A stretch of DNA of 64,000 nt. Source: Gnetum montanum (Eukaryota; Plantae; Gnetophyta). Under the pieces are notes generated by a model, which did not search any database, was not told the DNA's origin, and saw only the letters and a program-made list of their open reading frames with translations. Both the position numbers and the translations under genes were made by a program. Positions 25,911-38,040 of this stretch are shown one piece after another; positions within the stretch are counted from its first letter, which is position 1; the number at the start of each line of letters is the position of its first letter. The stretch covers positions 10,516 to 74,515 of the forward strand of contig MNCI01000286.1 of assembly GCA_015680685.1 (NCBI GenBank), written 5' to 3'.

Positions 25911-28791
25911 AAATATATATTTTAAAAGCAACAGAAATTTATGCATTCATAAAAGTAGAAATTTCAGTATCGATTAAAAAAGTTGAGTAATTTAGAATCC
26001 CCCATAGGAGAATTCTAGAGAAATTAGATTTGTTGCTCTAGACCAAATCATACCTCTTCTAATAGCATTGCTTTATCTTATCCAAAAGAAGAGGTGTTAC
26101 CCTAGTAATAAAGACTCTTGATTGAAAAGCTCCAAGTTATGGATTCGATTTTGGTAAGCAATGTTGACTTATAAATTTTTAATTACACTTTTAACTTATT
26201 CGTTAATATTTAATAAATTATCCATTGAGTTACCATGTCACTAGTAAATATATAAATAATTAAATATCTACAAGCATCTAAGAATTTAAGAATATTAAAC
26301 AAAATGATCTTCCAATGATAGGGAGGAGGTGTGAGACCTCAAAAATAATAAATGAAATGAAACGAAGCTTTATTATGTTTGAAGACCTATAGGATCTATT
26401 GGAAAAATATTACATTTTCATGAAAAATAATGATATACTCTACAAATGGACCAAGTGCCAATGGGGGCATTAAAAATATATCATACATGCTTTTTACTAT
26501 AACATTCTAATGTTGTTTGAAATGGGTGGTCATAACATAAGAAATAAACACACATAACTCATCTTTAAGAGCTCTTGATATACATAACCTACCAATCCGC
26601 TATTCTTGGGGGAATTAAATCCATCTTCCACTTTCAATTCTAATATTATGAGAACTTAAGCAAAGCTTGCTAATAGTATTCTGATGCTTGATGGGAATGA
26701 TAGCTCAGAGATAGTGAGCTTCTATATCTAGTTTTTTAGATCTCATAGGGTGTAAAGAAAATTATTTCCTAGCCTCCACATTAGTCTACATTTGTGTTAA
26801 AACCTTGTACTTGACTAGTTGGTGAATATGCTTAGGATTTTAAACAAGGTCATCAAGGTCAAGGAGAGATTTTAAACATATCAAAAATAAAAAGGTAAAA
26901 CTTAATAGTTTTGTAGATGTATTTTTAGGTTTTCATCCTTACAACCAATCCTAAAAACTATTTCCTTTGAGGTTCAAAAAGTTGAACCTATAATACTACT
27001 TTCGACCCTTTATAAGATGCTACATTCGAATAAGTAAGAAGTTTTAGAACTTGGGTAATATGCCATTGATAGGTGGATCAAGTGTTTAGCTCATTAGCAT
27101 GATAGGTAAGAAGTTGTTAATTCATATCACATTGAGGCATTATTAAATTCCTTTATCATTATTCTAATATATCATGTTAGTTATATGTCTTAAGTTGTAC
27201 CTATAGTCAAATTATTTTAAGTTTTGACTTTCCCTTTTCCTAATATAGAAGTATTTTATACTAGTGATAAGAAGCTCAAGCGATTAACTTATTTTCTTGT
27301 TAAGCATCATTATATTCTTCTATAATTCTTCTAATTATCATCTTTCCTACATGTCTTGGAATGTACCTATAGTTAAATTATTCAAGTTTGGACATCCAAA
27401 AAAATCTAAAAGTGCTTTATTAACTATGTGAAATTTAAAACATAGTTATAATGAAAGTTATAGCTTAGGCTCAAGTTCAAAGAAATAAATGATAAAATAA
27501 TTGAAAGATAAATCTAAATGAATAAGATGTTTTAAATAGGTAGTTCATAATGTATGATGATCCATAGAACTTTGAGTGAGCAAATAAAGCTTTTGAGAGA
27601 GCTTTGAATTTCATTTAAGTTTATTTCCAATTGAGTTTCCAACAAGCATTAATGAGTGGCAGAGATACCCCTACACTCAACCATACAAAACGAGCGTAGC
27701 ATGCGCAATTCGGTCGAACTCTGCAGACGGACTAGTTGTGGCACCTAGATCATTCACCTTAGGTCACAGTTCGTTCTCTTCCCACCTAGACTAGTATTTA
27801 TATTTGTCACGTATGGTTTAGTCCATAGTGAGGTGTATGATGTGTTCTAACCTAATGCTACTCCTAAAGGCAATGGAAAATAATATTAACTAAGCTAAGC
27901 TAAGAGGAAAAGGGTAAGAAAATCTAATCTAGCCTAAGTGCGACGAGCAACTGATTCCTTGATCAACCGTACACATCTTAGACCTCATGCATGACTACCA
28001 CTGGGATTTATCAAGTGTAGATCCTAGGTATGCCACTGGGATTACCAAGTGCATATCCCAAATACGCCACTGGGTTACCAAGCATAGATCCTAGCTACAC
28101 CACTAGGCTACCAAGCATTCACACTTACATGCTCGTAATCAAGTCGTACTCGTTCCGCGTTCTAGGAGTTTAAGGGTGAGAGAGAGAAAATAGTAAATAA
28201 CATTAAAGAAATAAATAGATAAATAAATAACAAAGTGAATGCTACAATGATGAAGTAATCTCGATCTTTATTGCCGGTCATGTGCATGTCCAAGTACGGC
28301 ACACTCGAATAAGGACACCGTACAATTACATTCACCACACTACGGGCAGACATGGGAAAATAATCTAACTCTGGAGGGATCAAACTACCAGAGCTTCACT
28401 ACTTCTAACTCCTAATACCTAAAACTGGGAAAGCTGCCTCTTATTTATGGAAATTGCGACGCACTGCGATATCACGTACGCGATATCGCAGGGAAGACGC
28501 AATATTGCGTACGCGATATCATGGTCGTTGCGATATCCCAGCTCCTGATACAACAAGGATGATATATCATGGCTGTGATATCACGGCTGCGATATCACAG
28601 CCAACAAATTCATGACTCATCATACCCCCACGACTGAATGAGAACTCGTCCTCGAGTTACAGAGAGAACAAGTTCCATTGATTACACAATGGATAGGTAT
28701 GGGATTATTGATTGACTAGAATGGATTCATGCTGCAGTGTGGAATGAGACACAACACAAAAGAAAATATTATGATTACAAAATGGTGGAAC

Positions 28792-29387
28792 TCATGTAGT
28801 TCCTGGTGGCGGTGGCTCCTCCATAGGTGTCTTTCCCTTTTCTTGCGCTCCAGGTCTTGGGATTTGATGGTGTTGAAGTATGACCTGGAGTTTCTCCTCT
28901 TGTAAGACCTTAAGTGCCTTGGCGTGCATGTAAGTTTGCACTTGTTCCATAGAGGCATCCCAGTTAGCCTTCTCTTTTTCTTCTACCACCCTTTTATTCT
29001 CTGTCAATAGTTTATTAAGTTGCTCAATTCTGAAAGTGTCCAGCTAGTTCTGAGCAACCTTTGGCCCTGTATTCGGAAGGTTTAATACTTCCAAAATGGC
29101 TTGAACAGAGAAGTCAACAGTCACACCACAATTGTCAACCATGGTGCCTTCTTCTTTATTGTGCCAAAATTGGTACATTTCCCCTAAGTACCGGCACCAC
29201 TTTCAGAGAGGGTATCTCCTGCTTCTGCCTACCTGGACCGTACGGTAGGAGGATCTTCTTGATGAACGCTAAATGATTGTTCCTCCTGTTCTACATCTTG
29301 TCCAGTAGGATCTTGTCTTCTACCTCTCTGAGATCGTTTGATCATACCTTGAGCAGAACCTTCATGTTGTCCATGTTTCGGGGCCAT
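28792..29387 (-). pseudogene. Short decayed extra ORF of the Athila-like element
   Basis: Acceptor-like TGATTGCAG immediately precedes ATG 29387 (MAPKHGQHEG..). It contains MYQFWHNKEEGTMVDNCGVTVDFSVQAILEVLNLPNTG, homologous to the 12.2-kb ORF, and ends ..KGKTPMEEPPPPGTT*. Confidence 0.6.
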
Positions 29388-31232
29388 CTGCAATCACACG
29401 GGACCAATCGTTAGTAAGGTTGTTACCAAAGTTAGGTTATACCTTACTGCTTGCCTTAATAGATTTACTTTATTTCTATGTGATGTTAATTATTGGAAGA
29501 ACATGTCTCCGAAAGATTATAGTGTTGATTCCTCTTTGCTTAGGCAGTTTCCAAATTTAATTTTCTGGTATAGCTAAGGGGATGAAATTTTTTTTGATAC
29601 ATTTTATTCTTAATTTTAGAACTAATTATTTCTTAAATATGTCCTTCGGGCGATGATGCATTTCAAAAAATTTATGCGCTATTCGGCATGTGCTCCTCCC
29701 CCACGACTAAGCTGAACACTCCAGGGTCAAGTAGGTTCAAACAGAATGAAAATCAGAGTACCAACGAGTGAGTTATGGATATGATGGCAAGGGACGCGTA
29801 ATTGCAAGTCGTAGAGAGAAATTTGAAAAACTTCCCCTGCGTGAACAATTGCAAATGATGTTGATTAGCATAGGAGGGTCACGTATATATATTTCCATTG
29901 AAGTTAGGGCACTTAGATAATGTACCAAATTTTTAATATTTCTTTTGAAATTAAACGATGTAAACTAAGGACATATGGACTAAAGGGTTCCAGGGTAATT
30001 CAACTAATTCTGAAGGCACAAAAATTATGATGGTGTATTTATCAATAAAGACCTCGGATGGGAGAAAAAGCCATCTAATGGTTCATAGGAACATTGATTC
30101 GGAGGGATAGTAATAAGGGAAAGAATATCATGAACAATGAGCTAAGGGTAATAAATGGTGTGTGTGAGCTATGTCATAAGTGAAGATTACAAAAAATTGC
30201 ACAAGTGGGTCCTCCCCACAACAGGTTTCAACCTATATTGCCCTTGTGTAACCATACTTAAAGTGTCCGTGGGCACTAGAAGGGTTAAATGTAATCCGCA
30301 CTAACTCCACAAAACACACACATGTAAATATCACCGGAATGAGATGAAAATTCTATGCTACATAGGACACAAGCTACAATTACACGAACAATGAGATGAG
30401 ATGAAGTAGAGAAGGGATCGTAGAGATTAGGACATAAGGTAATTGACCCAAGGCACAACGAATCCTGTGTGTAAAGCATGATTAAAGTGTCATTAACCCA
30501 TCGTTCCAAGATCAGGACCAAGTCCATTCCTCTAATCAGTGGCATCGCATTGTTTCATCCCATGATGAACAACTATGAGAGTACCATAACAACAAGGCAT
30601 ACGATCACTTGGCGTTTTATGCAAGGGAGGAATGACTTTTGTTTTGTGGCACTTTTCTTTTCTTTTCTCTTTTTTTTTTCTTTTTGAAATTTACTGAATC
30701 TAGAGAAATCGCCAACCTTCAGGCATGGATGCATGTCTTTCCAGTGGGACCCCCAAGAACAGCGTTTAACTTCTGAGTGCCCTTTTGATTACTCTTACTT
30801 CCATTTTTCATAAGATCTACAAGGATCTTAGTACGACCATGTTGCATGACAACTCCCACAGTTGTCACCAAAGAGAGTCCACAAGTCCCCTTGATGTCAC
30901 ACCCTAATCATTCCCTCTTGGTCCGTCCTTCTTCATTCTGGGTACAATGAACACAAAATTAATTTTAAGTTTTTGAAATATCAAGAATATCACTGTACCC
31001 ATGAACAAACCCTCTTATTTATAGAGTGGATGAGTAGGTGTAGTGGGCTCACTGTTCCAAATAATTGATCACTCATGACTTAATAACATAAAACACACCT
31101 CAACCAACGATCCACATGAGTGTTTTACTCGTAAATGAGATTACTTACAAAAGCGTAAAAAGACAAACACACAAAAAGATAAAAAGATAAAACAAAAAGT
31201 TGTAAAATTAAAGAAAACTGAAAAAATATTTG

Positions 31233-33593
31233 TTAATCCTGATTATTATTAGAAGGGGGGATATCCTTCATAGCTATACGGTTGAGGGCAGCATGGATTA
31301 ATAACTGACGACTGGAATCCTTGCATCTTGGAAATCTTGGGGCTCGATGATACTTACCCCATTGAGTTTCACACACTTGATTATAATGAACATAGTAGGG
31401 CAATTTATACGATGTAGTTCCCGGATAACAAGTTAACCCACTATGATATTTGGGACCGTTATATTGTATGCAAGGATTAATAAATGAAGGTTGAGGATCC
31501 TTGCATGTTGGAAATATTGGAACTGGTCCATACTCACCCCATTGAGGTTCACACACTTGATTGTAGTAAACATAGTGGGGTAGCTTGTACGATGTAGTTC
31601 CTGGATAACAAGTTGACCCACTATGACGTTGGTGACCATTAGATGGTATGCAAGGATTGGGTTGATGCCTCCCATGGTTGTGTTCATTGGGCCATATGGT
31701 TGTTGGAGTCTGAGTTGGTGGCCCTGATGAAGTTACATGAGGCATTGGGTTCGAAGGTAAGGGTGCACCACAGTTTGGGACTTGTGCTGAGTTGGAAGAT
31801 GCAGTGACCTTAGAATTGTGTTGTCCCTTCTTACGGCCATGTTTAAAGAAGGGGCGCTTTGGATATTGAGGAGTTTTCTCACTGTTGTTGGTAGTATTAG
31901 CACAAGTAACATTTGTGGGTTGTTGCTATGGTGCAGGCACCTTAGGAACAGTTGGTGGCATTGTGGAAGGAGGGAAAGGATGAGAATGTTGAAAGTTAGG
32001 AGGAGTATAAGGTGCACAAGGTGGTGGTTATGTTGGAGGTATGGGCTGATAGTATTGTGGAGAATAGTACTGTGGTGAGATAAAGTACAGTGGTTCAGTT
32101 GGAGAAATAGGATGTTGAACTTGATAAGCGTTTGGATTCAGATAATATGAAGGGTGCCTCTAGTCTAAGGGTGGTCTCCCCCACGACTGGGATTGTTGCC
32201 ACTTCTGTACGAACTCTGGATGTAACGTGTTCCCCCAATGCTCATGTAGATGTAACAGTATTGGGCATTGGCCCTTGGGGTGATTGTACAAGCATATTTT
32301 GCATTCATATGTATAATTGGAAGTTAAGCTCTTCTTTTCTTTATCCCTTCTTTCTGATTGTCTAATGTTTTGTCCTACTTCCTGGGTTGTCAAAACTTTA
32401 TCTACAATATTGTTGATAAATCCTCCACACTTTTGATACATCCATTCCAACATCTTATTGATCTTTGCCTCGGCTTCTTCTAACAATTGTTGTATTGGCA
32501 AAGATGATGTTTCCACCTTGAGATTGGTTGATTTCTCCTTTTTATGATCATGGACCTTTGTTAAGTTGAAATTTTGGTCCCGTTGATGTTTTTCAACACT
32601 CTCCCATCTAGCCATTTCTCCTTATTCTTTTGCTACCCATTAATAAGCTCTTGGATTTGATGGGTTCGTAGTTTGTATAGTTGACCTTGGGCATATACTC
32701 CTAAGGTCTCTCTTGTTTCATTACATAGCCCATCAATGATATGGTACATTAGCCTTTCCTCGAAAAACCCATGGCCTGGATAGTTGTTTAACAGTGCATA
32801 ATATCTTTCTAAGGCCATGTCCAAGGGTTCATGTTTTGCTTGTTTCCATCCTTGGATTTGTTTCCTCAAGGCTGACACTCTTGCGTAGGTTTGATATTTT
32901 TCATTAAAGACTTCTACCATTGTTGACCAGCGTCGTATAGAATTTGGTTTTAACAATTTATACCATACTTTTGCTTGGTCAACAAGTGTCATAGGGAAGA
33001 GCTTAAGTTTTTGCCACCCGTTATCAATGTTGTTCCACGTACAAGCATCGCAAAAGGCTTGTAAATGTTGATACGAGTCTAAATCATAGCCTCCTGAGAA
33101 GTTAGGGAAGTTGTTTAAATCGAGCCTGGGTAGATGACTCTCTTTACAATGCCTACAGAAGATTTGAACAGCCTCTTGTATTGGCGTTAGGCTCTTAGTC
33201 ACCAGTAGGGGTTCATCATCACTAAGTAGGTTGTGAGTTTGTAAGTTGGGATGATGTTGCCTTTGTTTATGTTGGCGTTCTTGATTTTCNNNNNNNNNNN
33301 NNNNNNNNNNNNNNNNNNNNNNNNNNNNNNNNNNNNNNNNNNNNNNNNNNNNNNNNNNNNNNNNNNNNNNNNNNAGGCCTTTTGGGCCTCCTCGTTCTAT
33401 GGGATGTCTCATCCTCACTAGAGATGTCAGAGTTGGATGACGAGAGTCTTTGAGTATCGTTGGGGTGTTCATAAATGTAGGGGACTCCTGCATAAGGTTG
33501 CGTACTCCAATCTTCATTGTCATCTAGTTCGTTGGTTCTCCAATGAACTTCCTCACTAAGCATGGCATTATCATGATCTTGTAGGAGAGGCAT
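31233..33593 (-). pseudogene. gag of Athila-like element with C-terminal low-complexity and repeated Cys/His region
   Basis: Retrotransposon gag motifs PNFSGGYDLDSYQHLQAFCDAC..KLKLFPMTLVDQAKVWY..SIRRWSTMVEVFNEKY and a knuckle-like CKICLYNHPKGQCP. Several stops and frameshifts. Confidence 0.85.
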
Positions 33594-35901
33594 TGTTGTG
33601 AAGTTGTGTGTGAATTTGTATGTGACTTTTTATAATTATTTCTTCTTCCTAAGAGATATATCATTAAGTCCTATACAACGACTTTGTGTGATATAACTAA
33701 TCTAGATAACTAGCACCATCCCCAGAAACGACACCAATGATGAGTGGCAGAGATACCCCTACACTCAACCATACAAAACGAGCGTAGCACGCGTGATCCG
33801 GTCGAACTCCGCAGATGGACTAGTTGTGGCACCTAGATCGTTAACCTTAGGTCATAGTTTGTTGTCTTCCCACCTGGACTAGTATTTATATTTGTCATGT
33901 ATGGTTTAGTCCAGAGTGAGGTGTATGATGTGTTCTAACCTAATGCTACTCCTAAAGGTAGTGGAAAATAATATTAACTAAGCTAAGCTAAGAGGAAAAG
34001 GGTAAGAAAATCTAATCTAGCCTAAGTGCGACGAGCAACCGATTCCTTAATCAACCGTACACATCTTGGACCTCGTGCATGACTACCACTAGGATTTACT
34101 AAGCGTAGATCCTAGGTAAGCCATTGGGATTACCAAGCGCATATCCCAAATATGCCACTAGGTTACCAAGCGTAGATCCTAGCTACACCACTAGGCTACC
34201 AAGCATTCACACTTAAATGCTCGTAATCAAGTCGTACTCGTTCCGCGTTCTAGGAGTTTAAGGGTGAGAGAGAGAAAATAGTACATAACATTAAAGAAAT
34301 AAATAGATAAATAAATAACAAAGTGAATGCTGCAATGATGAAGTAATCTCGATCTTTATTGCCGGTCATGTGCGTGTCCAAGTACGGCACACTCAAATAA
34401 GGACACCGTACAATTACATTCACCACACTGTGGGCAGACATGGGAAAATAATCTAACTCTGGAGGGATTAAACTGCCAGAGCTTCGCTACTTCTAACTCC
34501 TAATACCTAAAACTAGGAAAGCCGCCTCTTATTTATAGAAATTGCCACGCACTGCGATATTGCGTATGCGATATCACGACCGCTGCGATATCCCAGCTAC
34601 TGATACAAGAAGGATGATATATCATGGCTGTGATATCACGGCTGCAATATCACAGCCAACAAATTCATGACTCATCAAGCATTAAGATGTGAAGTGTACT
34701 AGTTAGAGCTTGCTATTCATTGTATGCCCTTTATTTTAAATTTAAGGACAAAACTATCATTTGACCATTATAGTTTATGCCACAAATGTGAGTTTTTTGT
34801 TATACAAAGTTGATAATAAGATATTTTAAGCTATTAAATAATTCTAAGGTAAATTTGAGTAATGTGATGATGGTTCTTCCACCTTTCTAAAAGGAAAAAC
34901 TTAACAATCTTAAAATCATAGATATTAGTAAGGGTTTGAAGGTCTCTACTCTACATAGTCTTAACATATGGGTCAAAAAATTAAGTCAAAGACTAATAGA
35001 AATATAACATTCCAAGAAACTAAAGCATTCTTAGTAAAATGCTACAACTATATAAAAGAATGGTGTTAAATATGAAACAACCTCAACCTAAAAAGATTAA
35101 ATGTAGGATTTGACACCAAACCCAACAAGGCAAAAAAAGACTAAATGTAAATTGAAATATAAAGTCCAATAATTTTTAAAAAAATAAATCTAGCAAAGAA
35201 TAATGCAATTACTATATCCTTTTAAATTGAATGTGTAATGGAGGATGAGATGGGTTTGGACTTTTTAAATTAAAGGTGATTTGAATGTAACATGCCTTAA
35301 GAAATAGCTAAAAACTATCTTTTAATTGATATGTAATAGGTTCTGAGCTTAGGGGTATTGGAACCACTTGAGTTTGAGTTATATTTTATGTTTTTCCTAA
35401 AATCCTCCTATAATGTATTGGTTATATGACCTAAGAGCTTCATATGTTTAATTTTTTTAGAACCTACCCCAAAGCCTAAACACATTTTTGAATAACCAAC
35501 TTTTATTACAAAGTCAATCCAAAAATCTTGTTTAAAGCTTAAACATATTTTAATATTTATGAAATTAACTTCAAATGCATTCCAACTTTTATATTTATTT
35601 TCTAATAAATATGATTAAGTAACTTAAACAATGAATAATACATGTAGCAATCACATTATTTGGACTTGCATAATTTGAAAATGTCTTTTTCAAATAATTG
35701 CACAAGCTATAGTGCTTTATGCATATGTAATGTTGGGTCTAGGTCTTAATCAGGAAAGAAAATTGAAAAACCTCAAAAGTTGGATGAATACTAAGTGATA
35801 ACTCAAGTCTCATATGCAATACTTTTTATTAGAAGCTAATTTGTTACCATTGGTTTTTAAAACAATGTATTAATTCTTAATATTCTATTTGCATAATAAA
35901 A

Positions 35902-35964
35902 ATAGACCAAGTTGGTTTAAGGCACTAGATTAAGGTTCTGGTCAAAAGAGTTGAGGTTCAAAAT
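35902..35964 (+). pseudogene. Degenerate tRNA-Leu(AAG)-derived sequence (pseudogene or SINE head)
   Basis: GACCAAGTTGGTTTAAGGCACTAGATTAAGGTTCTGGTC...GGTTCAAA resembles the D arm, anticodon arm and T loop of plant cytosolic tRNA-Leu(AAG), compared from memory. The acceptor stem is absent. Confidence 0.55.
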
Positions 35965-36639
35965 GGTTGAGAAAATGGAATATTTCATATAAGGAAGTGC
36001 AATAAAATCCTTGGCATAGTGGGCAGCTAGGCAAGAAGATGGTTTTAACACAGTTGTGGTCTCACTTTCTTTTTGCTCCTATTGCAATCAAGGATCAAAG
36101 TGATATCAGTAAACTTTGCTTAAGTTTAAATAATCTAAATTGAAAGTGAAAGATGGATTCAACTCTCCTGAGAAGAGTGCACCTAGAGGTTATGTGGATC
36201 ATGACCCATGAACTATTAATGATGAGCTGTGTTTCTTCTTTGTGCTATAACTATTCATTTGAGATAGTGATGTAATGTCATAGTAAAAAACTTATATATA
36301 ATTTATTTTGTTGCTTCTATTGATGCTTGGTCAATTTATAAAGTCTATCTTTATTTTTTATGAATATGTAATATTTGTCCAATAAATTATGTCGTATTTG
36401 GACATCATAAAGCTTCAGTTTCAATTTTAATGTAGTTTTTGAACTTAATATTTATAAATGTCTTAACCATCAATACTTCATGTTGAAATCTCGGGAGAAA
36501 TTAAAATTGTTCACACATCATGAGCCATTCTTATATTTTAAGATACTTGGAACCATATATTTTTCCTCCATTGCATGACCTGAAATCCTTGATTACATGG
36601 AAAAATATTTGTTGAAACCTCAAACTGGTACGGTTCCAA

Positions 36640-36880
36640 CCTCGATTCTAAGCTCCTTCGATATTTGCTTCATCCATAATATCTAGGTACAGCAACCAAC
36701 AACAGCTATATATTCAGCTTTGGTTGTTGACATGACTATTGAGTTTGGTCTTCTGCTACTCTAACCCACTGAACAACCAACAAGAAAGGAACAGCATCCA
36801 CTTGTGAATTTCTAATCAATTCTATGTCCTGCATGATCAATGTCATAAGACACCCGACATAATTAACTTTGAGCTTGATT
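36640..36880 (-). mobile_element. Ty1/Copia RNase H remnant
   Basis: The minus strand translates to ..KFTSGCCSFLVGCSVG*SSRRPNSIVMSTTKAEYIAVVGCCT*IIWMKQI, matching the Copia STSG..SWSSKKQ..STAEAEY..W motif. Confidence 0.7.
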
Positions 36881-37196
36881 GTCATTCGATGGCTTAACAA
36901 TTTTACAATTTTCGAAATGCAGGGAAGCAACGTAACATGCACTGGTTTATATGGTGGAAAGGACCACCAAATTGGGACAGTGTGATAGCTGAACACAGCA
37001 GGAAAATCCCATTTCCAGAAGGGTAGAGCCAGCCAACAGACATAATGATAATGCCGCCCAACCTACAATCACCAAATTGAACTTGCAAGGAATTCTATGG
37101 AAAAAGGATAATCACTTCCAAGTTCAATGCTCATTTTATTAAGCAGGTCGTTAGAGGCTTTGTGGATGAGGGAAAGCCTAACTTTTTTTTAAGTCA

Positions 37197-37313
37197 CTGC
37201 ATCTAGATTTAAAAGGCCATGTCTGACTTGAAAAATAAACACCTTACCATTACTCTGCATCTAGATTTAAAAGGCCATGTCTGACTTGAAAAATAAACAC
37301 CTTACCATTACTC
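37197..37313. repeat. ~58-bp tandem duplication
   Basis: CTGCATCTAGATTTAAAAGGCCATGTCTGACTTGAAAAATAAACACCTTACCATTACT occurs twice. Confidence 0.9.
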
Positions 37314-37504
37314 TAAATAATGATCCCTAAAAACTTTTATCCAATATTGTAATTAAAATTTATTCAAATCATCTTTTTGAGATGCTAAATCTCCCTAAAA
37401 ACTGCTCAATTGCTATTTGCATCTGCAAACTCTAACGTCTCCCAATTCTTAGTACCAACATGGACAGTCAGCCCAGACTGGTAGCAATAGAGGTAGAGGC
37501 ATCT

Positions 37505-38040
37505 TCCACTAATGTAAAAAGTGGTACTGGTATTATGCACAGTTTTCCACAGTATTGGGATACCCTTCTTCACTTGTTCAATCATCCTCAGAAAGCAACA
37601 ATCCTCCTTTTAAAGTAGCGCTACTTGTGGTTGTGTCTGTTTCTGGACCTTTTGTCCAGTGATTGGATATGGGTTTCAGGGTTGCAGTACACCCACTGTC
37701 ATGGTAATGACCTGCACATTATTTTCAGAGTTGGACCCCATTAGTTCGTCCTTTGAAGAAATTATTGAAGGGAATCTAAATTTTATACCATCATTAAAAC
37801 GTGGATATGGATTGGTATTAGGGTTTTTGCTGCTGTGTACTGCTGAGCAACTGAGGCAACCATAAAGCCTCCTCTCTGCATGACAGCGAACGTGAGTTCA
37901 GTTGTTGATGCACTTAAACAAAATTGCAGAGATAGAGGAGAATTTCATCTATCTGTCATTATGCCAGATGCAGATACATTAATGTATCTGCCATTATGCC
38001 AGGCGCAGATACATTAATGTATCTACCATTACTTTGGTAA
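37505..38040 (+). pseudogene. Truncated paralog of the GH79 gene (promoter, 5' UTR, exon 1)
   Basis: Matches 42000-42620 (GGTATTATGCA..TTCCACAGTA.TGGGAT.CCCTTCTTCAC; GATATGGATTGGTATT; AAAATTGCAGA...GAATTTCATCT). It ends at the equivalent exon-1 donor and carries stops, frameshifts and a 35-bp duplication. Confidence 0.8.

Larger units (their letters stand above)
27650..34677 (-). mobile_element. Complete non-autonomous Athila-like LTR retrotransposon (gag plus truncated extra ORF, no pol)
   Basis: LTRs at 27650-28622 and 33738-34677 with a perfect TSD AGCAT (27645-27649, 34678-34682). The PBS TGGTGTCGTTTCTGGGGA (33719-33736) resembles the Athila tRNA-Asp type. A PPT lies next to 28623. No protease/RT/INT motifs were found. 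Confidence 0.92.

Noticed and set aside
28162-28383. Hydrophobic ORF duplicated at 34250-34441
   Set aside because: Lies within the two LTRs; the hydrophobicity comes from T-rich sequence.
36903-37088. Possible captured host exon next to the Copia remnant
   Set aside because: The peptide was not recognisable and the splice boundaries are not supportable.
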